Sequence record: SRR9188677_103 | Strand: one strand, 5' to 3' | DNA: 63,448 bases | Part shown: piece by piece, positions 18,348 to 27,869 of the stretch | Position numbering within the stretch: position 1 is the stretch's first letter | Layout: each line of letters begins with the position of its first letter | Notes under the pieces: model-generated | Databases searched by the model: none | What the model was told of the DNA's origin: nothing | What the model saw: only the letters and a program-made list of their open reading frames with translations | Made by a program: the position numbers and the translations under genes

Positions 18348-19724
18348 TCAGCGTATGTCTAATTTATTTTCTCTTACCGTCCATGAGCGTAACCCTTCGG
18401 GCTCAAAACGGAATGGGCGAACGGTATTGCCTGTTGCCTGCATGGCATCCATTAATCCATTTTTGTATTGTGATGGTACATAAAACAGGAAGAATCCACC
18501 ACCGCCTGCACCTAATAATTTACCTCCGATGGCACCGTTCTTTTTAGCATTTTCATATACTGCATCCAGGTGTGAGTTGGATATTTTCTGACTGAACTGG
18601 CGTTTTAATTGCCATGCCTGATCAAGAGTTTGTCCGAATTCAACCAAACGTCCTCGGAGCAATTGGTCTCGCATTCTGAAAGTAAGATCAACATTCTGTT
18701 TTACCAGGTTGCGCATATCTCCTTTGTCCAATTCCGCTTTCTGGTCTTTATGGATATCTCCCGATTCATGAATGGTTCCCGTATCGCAGAGTATCAGGCT
18801 TTCTTCCAGTTCCAGCATTACATCGCGGGAAATACGGAGTGGATGAATCACATTCTGCTCTGCCCTGAACTCCATGAAGTTAATACCACCAAAAACAGTC
18901 GCATACTGGTCTTGCCAGCCACCCGCAACACCCAGGTATAAACGTTCGGCCTGGTAAGCCAGTTCTGAGATCTCATACAGATCCCATTTATCTCTTCTGA
19001 ATTGGTTAAAGCAACCCAGTATGGAAGACGCCACTACAGCAGAACCACCTAAACCGGATTTCATCGGGAAATCAGAATGCAGGTAGAGTTCAAATCCAAA
19101 ATCGGGATGTATTGTTTTCAGAACGGCCTGGATCAAACCAAACTTTTCATTGGGTTGTAAAGCACCCTGCAGATCAGCCGCTTCCAGGGTTGCGTTCAGA
19201 TCTCGTGAATGCACTTTGATGCTTCCATCCTGCCTGATATGCAAGGCTGCATGGGCATATAAAGAAACAGCTGCATTAATTACGGCTCCTCCGGCATTAA
19301 AAAAATAATGGGTAAGGTCTGAACCACCACCACCAAAGCTGATACGCACCGGCGACTTAGCCCTTGCATATACGCGGGATTCAGGTTCTACCGGAAAACT
19401 TTCTTTACTGATGATGTTAACCAGTTCCTTATTCCGGTTAAGGATGGGAACCACCCGTATATGATGATCCAGTTGTTTTAAGATCTGTTCTCTCGGGGTA
19501 AGTTCGTCTGCCCATACAAATTCTGTATTGATACAGATCTGAATGGAATCATCCAATGATGCCCCTTCGAGTAATTTTCTGCGGATATCACCGTCGGTAG
19601 CCAGGCCACAGATCTGTTTATCTTCATTCTGTGCTAAAATAATTCCGTGATGATTCTGATCGATCTTTTCCAGGGCTGCACGAAGCGTGGTGTTCAATGC
19701 AACTAAAAATTGGCTGTACTTCAC
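18348..19724 (-). CDS. CBS-domain / GHMP sugar kinase (HddA-like) fusion
   Basis: GTG start; N-terminal CBS pair (GLATDGDIRR, VVPIL); kinase motifs PVRISFGGGGSD, SGLGGS, QDQY, GGKLLGAGGGG. Confidence 0.85.
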   Translation of the reverse strand: MKYSQFLVALNTTLRAALEKIDQNHHGIILAQNEDKQICGLATDGDIRRKLLEGASLDDSIQICINTEFVWADELTPREQILKQLDHHIRVVPILNRNKELVNIISKESFPVEPESRVYARAKSPVRISFGGGGSDLTHYFFNAGGAVINAAVSLYAHAALHIRQDGSIKVHSRDLNATLEAADLQGALQPNEKFGLIQAVLKTIHPDFGFELYLHSDFPMKSGLGGSAVVASSILGCFNQFRRDKWDLYEISELAYQAERLYLGVAGGWQDQYATVFGGINFMEFRAEQNVIHPLRISRDVMLELEESLILCDTGTIHESGDIHKDQKAELDKGDMRNLVKQNVDLTFRMRDQLLRGRLVEFGQTLDQAWQLKRQFSQKISNSHLDAVYENAKKNGAIGGKLLGAGGGGFFLFYVPSQYKNGLMDAMQATGNTVRPFRFEPEGLRSWTVRENKLDIR

Positions 19725-19774
19725 TAGTAAGATAATTTATAAAAATAGTAACCCGCTGCTGTTGCAGTAAGTGT

Positions 19775-20722
19775 TTATGTTATGGGAACCGCTGTTACTT
19801 TTTCTGAGTGTGTGTTGTTCCAATGAGCCAGCAAACTTTCGATAAAAGGTTCATGCTGCTGAACCGAAGCAGAAAGGGAAGGGAGTTCACAGCCCTTACC
19901 CAGTAAAATAGATGCTGCTAGACCGGGTGTCATTTCACTTTGATATAAAACCTTGCCGGGTAAAACAAAACCATCATTACGGGTGGCTATGCCTTTATCC
20001 CATTCAATCAACCATTCTTCCTTATCTGTTTTGATCTTTATCTCAAAAGGAGCTTCAGAATCATCGGAGATAAATGCTGCAGTAGATCCCTGTGAAAAGT
20101 TCGCCCGTAAACAACCATTAATCTCCCAATAACCGTTTCTTTTGGCCGGGTACCATTCTTTATCCAGTCTGGAACAATCGAAGTCTGTCGTAGTTTCTCC
20201 CGTCCACCAGGAAATAAGATCGATAAAATGAATGGTGTTGCAGCCGATACCCCAGTTGCCACCGTTTACTTCAAGATAGATTGGTCCGTTAGTGGTATTT
20301 TTTTTGATCTCTTTGAACCATTCCAGTGTACGGAAAAATGTATTTACCCATGCATTTGGACCAACTAGTTTTTCAAGTGTATTGAGGGAACTAATATTTT
20401 GTGCCAATACTTTTTCAAGTATCCAGTTCTGTACAGAAGTTTTGGTAACCAAAGCAGCTACCACTTTTTCCCGAACATAAGAACTGGTTGAGACGATGGC
20501 CAGATGGCTTGTGGCAGGAAGGTTTCCCATCTCTGCCAGAAATTGTATTTCATGCAAATTATTGCTACCCGATGCTTCCAGCCAACGGGATTTTGCCGTA
20601 TCTAGAGAAGCAAGGTCAACATCTATTACATAAATAGAAAGTGGTTCAGTAACTGTTGCTAAACCTTGTAGGTACCTGGAACCTAATTGCCCGGCACCAA
20701 CAATGACAATATTATATTTCAT
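19775..20722 (-). CDS. NAD-binding oxidoreductase (Gfo/Idh/MocA-like)
   Basis: IVGAGQLG, ILEK, NTIHFID. Confidence 0.7.
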   Translation of the reverse strand: MKYNIVIVGAGQLGSRYLQGLATVTEPLSIYVIDVDLASLDTAKSRWLEASGSNNLHEIQFLAEMGNLPATSHLAIVSTSSYVREKVVAALVTKTSVQNWILEKVLAQNISSLNTLEKLVGPNAWVNTFFRTLEWFKEIKKNTTNGPIYLEVNGGNWGIGCNTIHFIDLISWWTGETTTDFDCSRLDKEWYPAKRNGYWEINGCLRANFSQGSTAAFISDDSEAPFEIKIKTDKEEWLIEWDKGIATRNDGFVLPGKVLYQSEMTPGLAASILLGKGCELPSLSASVQQHEPFIESLLAHWNNTHSEKVTAVPIT

Positions 20723-21659
20723 AAATGGCTTTGATCAAACCCATGGTTTCCAGACTGTCTTCCAATGTCGGGAGCACATGTGGCAAGCCCTGTAAAGCTT
20801 TGATGGTTTCTTCGGCCTGCAAGCGAAAGCCAGCCTTAAACTCTTTATCCCATTCATGGGTGGGTACCGGTTCCAATTTTCTGGTTCCGTGCAATTGATA
20901 CGTTGCCTGTTCCAGCGGACGCATTTCCCAACGCTTGGCATGCGTGGTCACGGTTACAGCCCAGGGGCCAGGACTGTTCCAGACTGCCTGGTAAATACCT
21001 ATATCACCCGATGAAAATTCGATTTTAGTTACCACCAGAGAGGGATCTTTGGGATTCCAATGTACCAGCGGTGTTACAGATTTGATATATCCACGACATA
21101 GTACCCTGAAATAATCAATCATGTGAATGGAATTGGCATACATCCAGTTCTCAACCACCAGCGCCGGCTGTTTGTCATCGTGCAGGGCGATGGAGGGATC
21201 TTCCTGATCAAATACATTGATGATCCTTTTTTCATCGGTAAGGGCCAGATCAGCCAAAACGGTTCTGGTACTGCTGTAATGCCGGCGGTTTAGGCCCACG
21301 AAACACTTGGCCTGATGCGCTTTGGCAAGCTCGTTAATCTGAACTGATTCTTCATAGTGCAGGCCAACCGGTTTTTCAAACAAACATAACCAGGGGTGTT
21401 TAACTACTTCTGTAGCCACTTCCAGCATGGCAAGGATATTAACAGTAACCACAACAATATCTGCCTTTGTTACTGTATAGAGATCCTGTAGCTCTGCTAC
21501 AACATTTGGAATGCCAAATTCTTTTGCAAGTATTTCTGCTTTAGCCAGTGTGCGGCTCTGTATACCTACCACTTTAACTCCTGGAACGGCTGCAAATGCT
21601 TTAATATGTTCGCGTGCCATACTGCCGGCACCAATTATTGCTACTTTAATATCACTCAT
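20712..21659 (-). CDS. Gfo/Idh/MocA family oxidoreductase
   Basis: IIGAGSMA, FEKPVG, GLNRR, SIHMID. Confidence 0.85.
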   Translation of the reverse strand: MSDIKVAIIGAGSMAREHIKAFAAVPGVKVVGIQSRTLAKAEILAKEFGIPNVVAELQDLYTVTKADIVVVTVNILAMLEVATEVVKHPWLCLFEKPVGLHYEESVQINELAKAHQAKCFVGLNRRHYSSTRTVLADLALTDEKRIINVFDQEDPSIALHDDKQPALVVENWMYANSIHMIDYFRVLCRGYIKSVTPLVHWNPKDPSLVVTKIEFSSGDIGIYQAVWNSPGPWAVTVTTHAKRWEMRPLEQATYQLHGTRKLEPVPTHEWDKEFKAGFRLQAEETIKALQGLPHVLPTLEDSLETMGLIKAIYEI

Positions 21660-22761
21660 GTACCAGGACTTGCTTTTGCTGTTTTTGCTGATGAAAATTC
21701 AATACAATCTGCTCTATCACTTTCACTTCGGCTTCATTTACTGTTACTCCGTCTGCTTTAAGTTTGCTGATAGCTTCTGCAATGGGGTACATGGTTTTGT
21801 CGATCGGCAGATGTAAGGTACCTGTCATTTTTTTAATAAATCTTTTCAATTTATGTGGTAGTCGTGCTTTGACCGAGGAATACATTCTATTTTTAAACCC
21901 CGTTTTTTTGGCAATTATTCCAAGATTCATTTCATTACCCCATTTTGTAAAAGCATCACCTGTTTTTATAACTGCTGCCCTTAATTGCTTGGAACTCATC
22001 CCGTTTGTTCCGGATAAGGAATGAATCATCAAGTCAATGAATTTTTCTTTCTGTTCTCGTTCTTTTTTATCAAGCCACCAGTTATTGAATCTTACACCGT
22101 CCTGTGTGATCCGCACATTTTCCATACTTCTGAACCAGTATAATACCGGAATCACTTTAGACTTACCCATAAACGCCACAATCATTTCCACCTGGTATTC
22201 TTCTATGGAAAATACAGAGAATTGCTGTTCTGTAAAACTGCCTATTGCCAGTTTCCATACTGGTGATCTTAAAACAGAATATATGGTTGAACAGGTATAG
22301 GGGTTCATATGTGCCACCATACGTTCAACGGGACTATCCTGCATTATCGCATACTCTTTCATTTCTGTATAGGTGGGTCTTCCATACATCCCTTTTGATT
22401 CAGGGTGGAACAAAAGGCATCTCCCCATACAGGAAACAAGTTCTTCATCTCTTTCAAGTTCAGTTATGCATTGTTCAAGTGCTGATGGCGAAAAGAATTC
22501 ATCATCACCCTGAAATACTGCATACTCGGTATCAATCAGTTCAACTGCTTTTCTAAACCTGTCATATATGGATATTGGTAAATGATGATAATGAATATTG
22601 CTTCCTATCCCTTTCAATTCATCAAGAGGAATGGAAGTGTCTGTTCCGTCAAGTATATGTAGTGTAACTTCTTTACCCGACCAAAAATGTATATTACGCA
22701 ACGCATATTCATGTCGTTTATACGTTGGAATGATAATTGTTAACTTAGAGAGGACCGACAC
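21652..22761 (-). CDS. GT2-like glycosyltransferase (TIGR04440-type)
   Basis: LTIIIPTYKR, ILDGT, GDDEF; probable GTG start at 22761 (ORF track start 22812). Confidence 0.75.
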   Translation of the reverse strand: MSVLSKLTIIIPTYKRHEYALRNIHFWSGKEVTLHILDGTDTSIPLDELKGIGSNIHYHHLPISIYDRFRKAVELIDTEYAVFQGDDEFFSPSALEQCITELERDEELVSCMGRCLLFHPESKGMYGRPTYTEMKEYAIMQDSPVERMVAHMNPYTCSTIYSVLRSPVWKLAIGSFTEQQFSVFSIEEYQVEMIVAFMGKSKVIPVLYWFRSMENVRITQDGVRFNNWWLDKKEREQKEKFIDLMIHSLSGTNGMSSKQLRAAVIKTGDAFTKWGNEMNLGIIAKKTGFKNRMYSSVKARLPHKLKRFIKKMTGTLHLPIDKTMYPIAEAISKLKADGVTVNEAEVKVIEQIVLNFHQQKQQKQVLVHE

Positions 22762-22857
22762 AATGCTATTTTTAATACAAAGAACCTGAGCTTGCAAAGT
22801 GAGAATATACATTCCGGAATACCGAATAAAAAAAGAGATACCCGAAATGGTGTAAGG

Positions 22858-23733
22858 TTAAACCATCTTTAGAATAGCTTCTGAGTTGAACCCAAAACGT
22901 TTGTGGAAATAATCGTTTGTTCTGCCCACTTCGAACACATAATCTGTTGGAGCCAGGCTGGTCATTTTCTTACAGATAGAATGTGCGTTACAGAATTCAC
23001 AAAGCAACCCATATAATCCGGAAGACGCGAAATGGTCTTCGATGACAACCAGTTTTTCGAACTGTTCAAGTATCGTTTTCAATGCAGGTTTATCCAACGG
23101 GGTCAATTTATTAAATACCAGCACAGACAATGCAGGATTTTGCTCCATGGCTTTGAGACATTCCTGTGCCGGTGAACCGTAGGAGATCAGGAGTACTGAC
23201 TGTTTTGTTCCCGTCATCAATACCATATCCTCTTCAGAATCGGGGTTCTTGAATTCGCCTTTCGGTATCCGGATATAAGCAGGTTTTTTCAACGCCAGCA
23301 CTTTACTTACCAATGAATTGGCGTACGTAACGCTACCCGGACAATAAATATCTATACCAGGGAAATTACGCAGCGCACCCCATTCATCAATGATATGGTG
23401 CGTGGGGCCCAGAGGCGCATTATCGTAACCGGTAGATGTACCCATTAATGTGATAGGATACTGATGCAGAATGATGTCATTCCTGATCTGCTCGTAACAT
23501 CTGTGAATCACAAAATTGGAAATCGTATAAACAAAGGGCTTGTACCCGAGATTTGCCAATCCGGCAGCTACGCCAATCAGGTTTTGCTCAGCTATACCCA
23601 CGTTGGCAAAACGCGTTGGAAATTTTTCCTGGATCTGTTCTACCAGGTTGATCCCCATATCGGCGGTTAAGAAAAAGATATTCTCATCTTTTTCCATTTC
23701 CTGCACCAGTGAAGCGATGATATTATTTCTCAT
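22858..23733 (-). CDS. Transketolase-like, pyrimidine-binding/C-terminal subunit
   Basis: LTADMG, NVGIAEQN, YEQIR, GPTHH, IEDH. Confidence 0.88.
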   Translation of the reverse strand: MRNNIIASLVQEMEKDENIFFLTADMGINLVEQIQEKFPTRFANVGIAEQNLIGVAAGLANLGYKPFVYTISNFVIHRCYEQIRNDIILHQYPITLMGTSTGYDNAPLGPTHHIIDEWGALRNFPGIDIYCPGSVTYANSLVSKVLALKKPAYIRIPKGEFKNPDSEEDMVLMTGTKQSVLLISYGSPAQECLKAMEQNPALSVLVFNKLTPLDKPALKTILEQFEKLVVIEDHFASSGLYGLLCEFCNAHSICKKMTSLAPTDYVFEVGRTNDYFHKRFGFNSEAILKMV

Positions 23734-23770
23734 GTAAGGCTTTTCCTAACTGTGTTGATTAAATAGAAAA

Positions 23771-24577
23771 CTAGGTAAATGCAGGGTCTGAATTCCGGAT
23801 ATGTTTTTTAGATACCACACCGGTACGAACCCTGAGGTTGTCTTTCCCATTATCGGTGAAGAGAACCGGATATAATCGTTTGGCGGCAACAAAAGCATAA
23901 AAAGCATTTGACCAGTCAATATCATCTACGAGGAAAATGGCATCATCCGATAATTTATTCCAGGCTAGTTCCATTTCTTTTGAGAGGAATTGCATGGAAT
24001 GGTCGCTGTCGTGTATATACATATCGAAACGGATATCCAGGGTTGGGATGATAGCAAGGCTGTCTCCTTCGATGAGGTTCCATCTTTCTTTTAATGGGAG
24101 CGGGACCATAAAACCAGGACGCAGGCTGGGTGTGTATAATTCTGTATCCCCTACCAGACTATGCCTTGCACTATCTGAACTGGTTTCCCGGATATCATAA
24201 TCCGGAAAATCGATAGAAGTCATTTTCCCTTTCTTATTTTTATCAAGTGCCCTCAGTGCAAATGCACTGTTTCCACCATAGTAAACACCCGTTTCCAGTA
24301 CATTTTCCGGTTTGATAAAACGGATCAATATATAGATCAATACCCTTTCAAAAGCAAACCAATCAACAGAATCGATAGATTCCATGTTGAAAATCCCTTT
24401 TCGGAAACCATGGGTTTCTCTTGTGTAGACGATCCTTTCATTTACTCCTTTCAAAAAGTCCTGATCATCCAGCAACTCTGTATAATAGTCCAGGAATATT
24501 TTTTCTTCTACTCCTAAATAGGCAGCCAATGACTTAATATTATAAATATTGTTTGCCCTTGTTTCGTTAATATTCAT
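23771..24577 (-). CDS. Class I SAM-dependent methyltransferase (Methyltransf_24-like)
   Basis: VLETGVYYG, EGDS, IHDSDHS, VDD. Confidence 0.75.
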   Translation of the reverse strand: MNINETRANNIYNIKSLAAYLGVEEKIFLDYYTELLDDQDFLKGVNERIVYTRETHGFRKGIFNMESIDSVDWFAFERVLIYILIRFIKPENVLETGVYYGGNSAFALRALDKNKKGKMTSIDFPDYDIRETSSDSARHSLVGDTELYTPSLRPGFMVPLPLKERWNLIEGDSLAIIPTLDIRFDMYIHDSDHSMQFLSKEMELAWNKLSDDAIFLVDDIDWSNAFYAFVAAKRLYPVLFTDNGKDNLRVRTGVVSKKHIRNSDPAFT

Positions 24578-24583
24578 TTCCGT

Positions 24584-25390
24584 TTATTTTTCTAAGGTTT
24601 CCAGATGCGACATTGCCTGGTTAAATAATTCGTCATTCAATGATCTGTAATGCCATACAGGTTCCCATTCTGCAAAAGGAACGTCTTTGCCTTTCACTGT
24701 ATTACAGATAATTACTGTGGGGATATCGAATTTTCCTGATTCACTTATACAATGCATGATCTCATCAATGTTGTGTCCGTCAACTTCATAGGTATTAAGG
24801 CCAAAACCTTCGAACCGGTTCTTCAACGGCCGGAGGTCAATAACCTCTTCTGTACGGGTAATACTGCTGATCCTGTTATTGTCGATCAATACACAGAGGT
24901 TATTAAGTTTCTTGTGAACAGCAAACATCAACCCTTCCCAAATGGCACCTTCCTGTATCTCACCATCACCACATAATACTAATACTTTTTCAGTAGTAAT
25001 ATTTCTTGCTTTTAGTCCTAGTGCACACCCTACACCTACATTCAGGCCATGGCCCAATGCACCCGTAGAATGCTCCACTCCAACTACTTCATGATTTACA
25101 TGTCCGGCAAGCAAAGAATCATTCTGGTGATAGGTTTCCAGCATCTCAAATGGGATGATACCAAAATGGGCCATCGTTGCATAAGTGGCAGCAGCACAGT
25201 GCCCTTTACTGATCAGTATTCTTGACCTGTCAGCATCATGATTAATGATCTTTTTGCAATTTACACTTGCAAACATAGAGATCAGCATTTCAACTGCAGA
25301 CATCCCGGATCCCAGGTGACTGGCTCCGGCTTTGTACAACATTTTCAGAATTGTTTTCCTGACACTGGTACCACTAACCTTATTATCCAT
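24584..25390 (-). CDS. Transketolase-like, ThDP-binding N-terminal subunit
   Basis: SHLGS, SKGH, STGALGHG, ThDP motif GDGEIQEG...DNN, VDGH, TVKG. Confidence 0.9.
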   Translation of the reverse strand: MDNKVSGTSVRKTILKMLYKAGASHLGSGMSAVEMLISMFASVNCKKIINHDADRSRILISKGHCAAATYATMAHFGIIPFEMLETYHQNDSLLAGHVNHEVVGVEHSTGALGHGLNVGVGCALGLKARNITTEKVLVLCGDGEIQEGAIWEGLMFAVHKKLNNLCVLIDNNRISSITRTEEVIDLRPLKNRFEGFGLNTYEVDGHNIDEIMHCISESGKFDIPTVIICNTVKGKDVPFAEWEPVWHYRSLNDELFNQAMSHLETLEK

Positions 25391-25425
25391 TCTTTTCTGT
25401 TAAGAGATCAATACAATTTATAATG

Positions 25426-26301
25426 CTAGATATTCTGCATACCCGGGTTACGGAATGTTCTGCGAACTTCTCTTACAAATTCAGAATTCGCTTCTGTAGG
25501 GTCAACGGCTTTTGCAGTGAGGCATAAGCGTCCGATCCGGTAATTCTTATTAGATTCTTCTTTCTGGAAACGGCTTACTTTACTGAATAACGGCTGATCA
25601 AATTCTACAATCTTAATAGAAGCACTATCCGGTTCAAAAAGAGAAGCTACCAGCATTTCATTAAGGCAGGAAACAGTTGGGCTCCACCAAACACTATAAT
25701 TATCAGAGATCCGGTAAGTGGAAGGGATACCATTATATAACATGAATGATTCGTCCCTGTCCATGATAACGTTTGTTTCCATCAGCAAAGTTCCACCGGT
25801 TTTTATACAGCTTCTGGCTTGTGAAAGACTCAGGAAAGGATCACGCAGGTGATAGAAAAGACCAAGATGCTGAACAATATCAAACATTCTGTCGTATGGT
25901 TTTTCCTTATCGTAGTTCTCCATCAGAAAAACATCTAAGCGATCAAAGAGTTCATAAGGAGAAATGTTATAATAAGGAACCACTTTACTTCCCAATACTT
26001 CCTTACAAAACATAAAGTTGTTAAACGTACGATAGAAACAATCAGTAGCAACCACCGTTCTAGCTCCTAATTGCTCAGCTTCAAAAGCCCAAAGGCCGTC
26101 AAAAGAAGCGATATCAAGAACCATCTTATCCTTATAATCGATCCCTTCACGAACGCTTCTGATATTGTTCCATAAGGGATCATAGTCGAAACCGGGAGTA
26201 GTGATCCCGTTTCCAAGGTCTATTTTGTGGTACCAATAAGTAAAATCACTTTTCAGTTTTGCTTTTATACTGTTAATTTCTGCTTCCGAATACTGTTTCA
26301 T
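25426..26301 (-). CDS. SAM-dependent methyltransferase (CmoB/DUF1698-like)
   Basis: WYHKIDLGNGITTPG, VLDIASFDG, GLFYHLRDP. Confidence 0.7.
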   Translation of the reverse strand: MKQYSEAEINSIKAKLKSDFTYWYHKIDLGNGITTPGFDYDPLWNNIRSVREGIDYKDKMVLDIASFDGLWAFEAEQLGARTVVATDCFYRTFNNFMFCKEVLGSKVVPYYNISPYELFDRLDVFLMENYDKEKPYDRMFDIVQHLGLFYHLRDPFLSLSQARSCIKTGGTLLMETNVIMDRDESFMLYNGIPSTYRISDNYSVWWSPTVSCLNEMLVASLFEPDSASIKIVEFDQPLFSKVSRFQKEESNKNYRIGRLCLTAKAVDPTEANSEFVREVRRTFRNPGMQNI

Positions 26302-26334
26302 AAATCGTGTTTTGGTATTTTAAAAATTTACTGT

Positions 26335-27192
26335 TTATGCAGGTATGATAACTTCTGATAATTCAGGATGGATATTCTCGAATGAATTCCCTTCCTGCAG
26401 CCCTCCTTTCCATCCATACGATCTTCCCGTTTCTTCCAGAAAATCAAAATAGCGTGAAATCATTGCCCAACGTGTAACCTTACTCCGATTGGCACTGCTT
26501 GCATGTAAGGTGAGGTAATCAATTACTACCAGATCGCCTAATTTTACTTCCGGAACCACTATCGAATACTGCTTCAGCAATTCTTCTTCGTTTTTCAATT
26601 TCAAGCCATATGATCCGGCTCCATCACGTACGATTGGGAATATTCCTTTCTTATGAGAACCTGGGCAAATCTGCACAGGTCCTACTTCTGCTGTAACATT
26701 CCGTAACGGACTCCATAATACAATCCCTTTGGGAGAGCACAATTGTGATACATAATCCTGGTGCCACTGCGTTAAATAAACGTCTTCATTTGGGTTATCC
26801 ATACGCATACCATATCCACGGTTGGCGAACCCGAAAAATTCGGTCCCGATCAACCATTTCGCAACGATGTCATGCTTGGAACTGGATGAAAGGCGTACAT
26901 AGCTAGGGATTTTTTTAACCGCGTCATATAAAACACCCACAACTTTCCTGTGATTCTTAACCATTTCTGTCAGTCCAGAATCAAAATTCTCAACTGAAAA
27001 TGGTTCCTGCATGATTGGCAGTTTATACTGCTCAATTAACAAAGAAATGATCTTGTAGATATCTTTCTGAATAGGAAGTATCTCCGTTTCCAAATCATAA
27101 AAAGATTCCAGATAAACAACGCCATCTTCGTGGTATTGTTCCAATTGTTCTTTGGTAAACTCAATCTTGTCTTTGGTATTAATTCTAAGCAT
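26335..27192 (-). CDS. Phytanoyl-CoA dioxygenase (PhyH) family Fe/2OG oxygenase
   Basis: WHQD facial-triad start, PGSH, distal His in TLHAS, conserved Arg. Confidence 0.85.
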   Translation of the reverse strand: MLRINTKDKIEFTKEQLEQYHEDGVVYLESFYDLETEILPIQKDIYKIISLLIEQYKLPIMQEPFSVENFDSGLTEMVKNHRKVVGVLYDAVKKIPSYVRLSSSSKHDIVAKWLIGTEFFGFANRGYGMRMDNPNEDVYLTQWHQDYVSQLCSPKGIVLWSPLRNVTAEVGPVQICPGSHKKGIFPIVRDGAGSYGLKLKNEEELLKQYSIVVPEVKLGDLVVIDYLTLHASSANRSKVTRWAMISRYFDFLEETGRSYGWKGGLQEGNSFENIHPELSEVIIPA

Positions 27193-27340
27193 AAGATAGT
27201 TTTATATGTACATTACCTTCAGGTTTTGAAGGGATAAAATGCGCGAGGCTTTTTGGGGTGGGTGTATATGCAATAAAGTTAGTACTAGTTAACAAGATTG
27301 TGGGTATTGTTGCTTGTAAAGGTCAGGGAATTTTGCTTAG

Positions 27341-27847
27341 TTACTTCCGCATGGTATCTGCAGAAATCCAGGCTCCGACTTCTTTCTTTAGCAAAGCAAG
27401 GTATTCAACACTTTCAGGTGTATTCTCAGCCGGTGCAATGGTAAAAAAGTCTTTCCAGGTTTGTGGATCATATTTTCCCATCATGGTTTCATAGGTAATG
27501 GCCGAAGGCGAAAGCATCACATAAGTATGCCAGGTAAAAGCCGGAACGGCAATCATATCAACCCCTTCCTTCTCCAAAATGGTGCATTTGATCACTGCAC
27601 CCTTATCATCGAAGAACAGTACAGCCAGTTTGCCCTGTACCAGGTAAATCATCTCTATTTTTTCATCTCCGGGATGCAGGTGCGGCTGCATATAAGAATC
27701 GGCCATCATAAAATTGAAGACCTCGTTAAATACTGCTCCCGGCTGGTGCAAAACCCTTGGATGGCGGCGGCGCGTAGAAGCATCTGCCAAACGGATTCCT
27801 TCCAGTTTTTCTGCTTCGCTGATTGGCGGTATGGTTACTGTAGACAT
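27341..27847 (-). CDS. WbuC-family cupin metalloprotein
   Basis: YMQPHLH, E, FFDDKG, WHT, YE. Confidence 0.8.
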   Translation of the reverse strand: MSTVTIPPISEAEKLEGIRLADASTRRRHPRVLHQPGAVFNEVFNFMMADSYMQPHLHPGDEKIEMIYLVQGKLAVLFFDDKGAVIKCTILEKEGVDMIAVPAFTWHTYVMLSPSAITYETMMGKYDPQTWKDFFTIAPAENTPESVEYLALLKKEVGAWISADTMRK

Positions 27848-27869
27848 AGCTGAATGATATTTGTATTAA

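Noticed and set aside
22795-22826. Internal promoter-like TTCG-N20-TCACTTTG before the GT2 gene
   Set aside because: Mismatches in both elements; too weak to call
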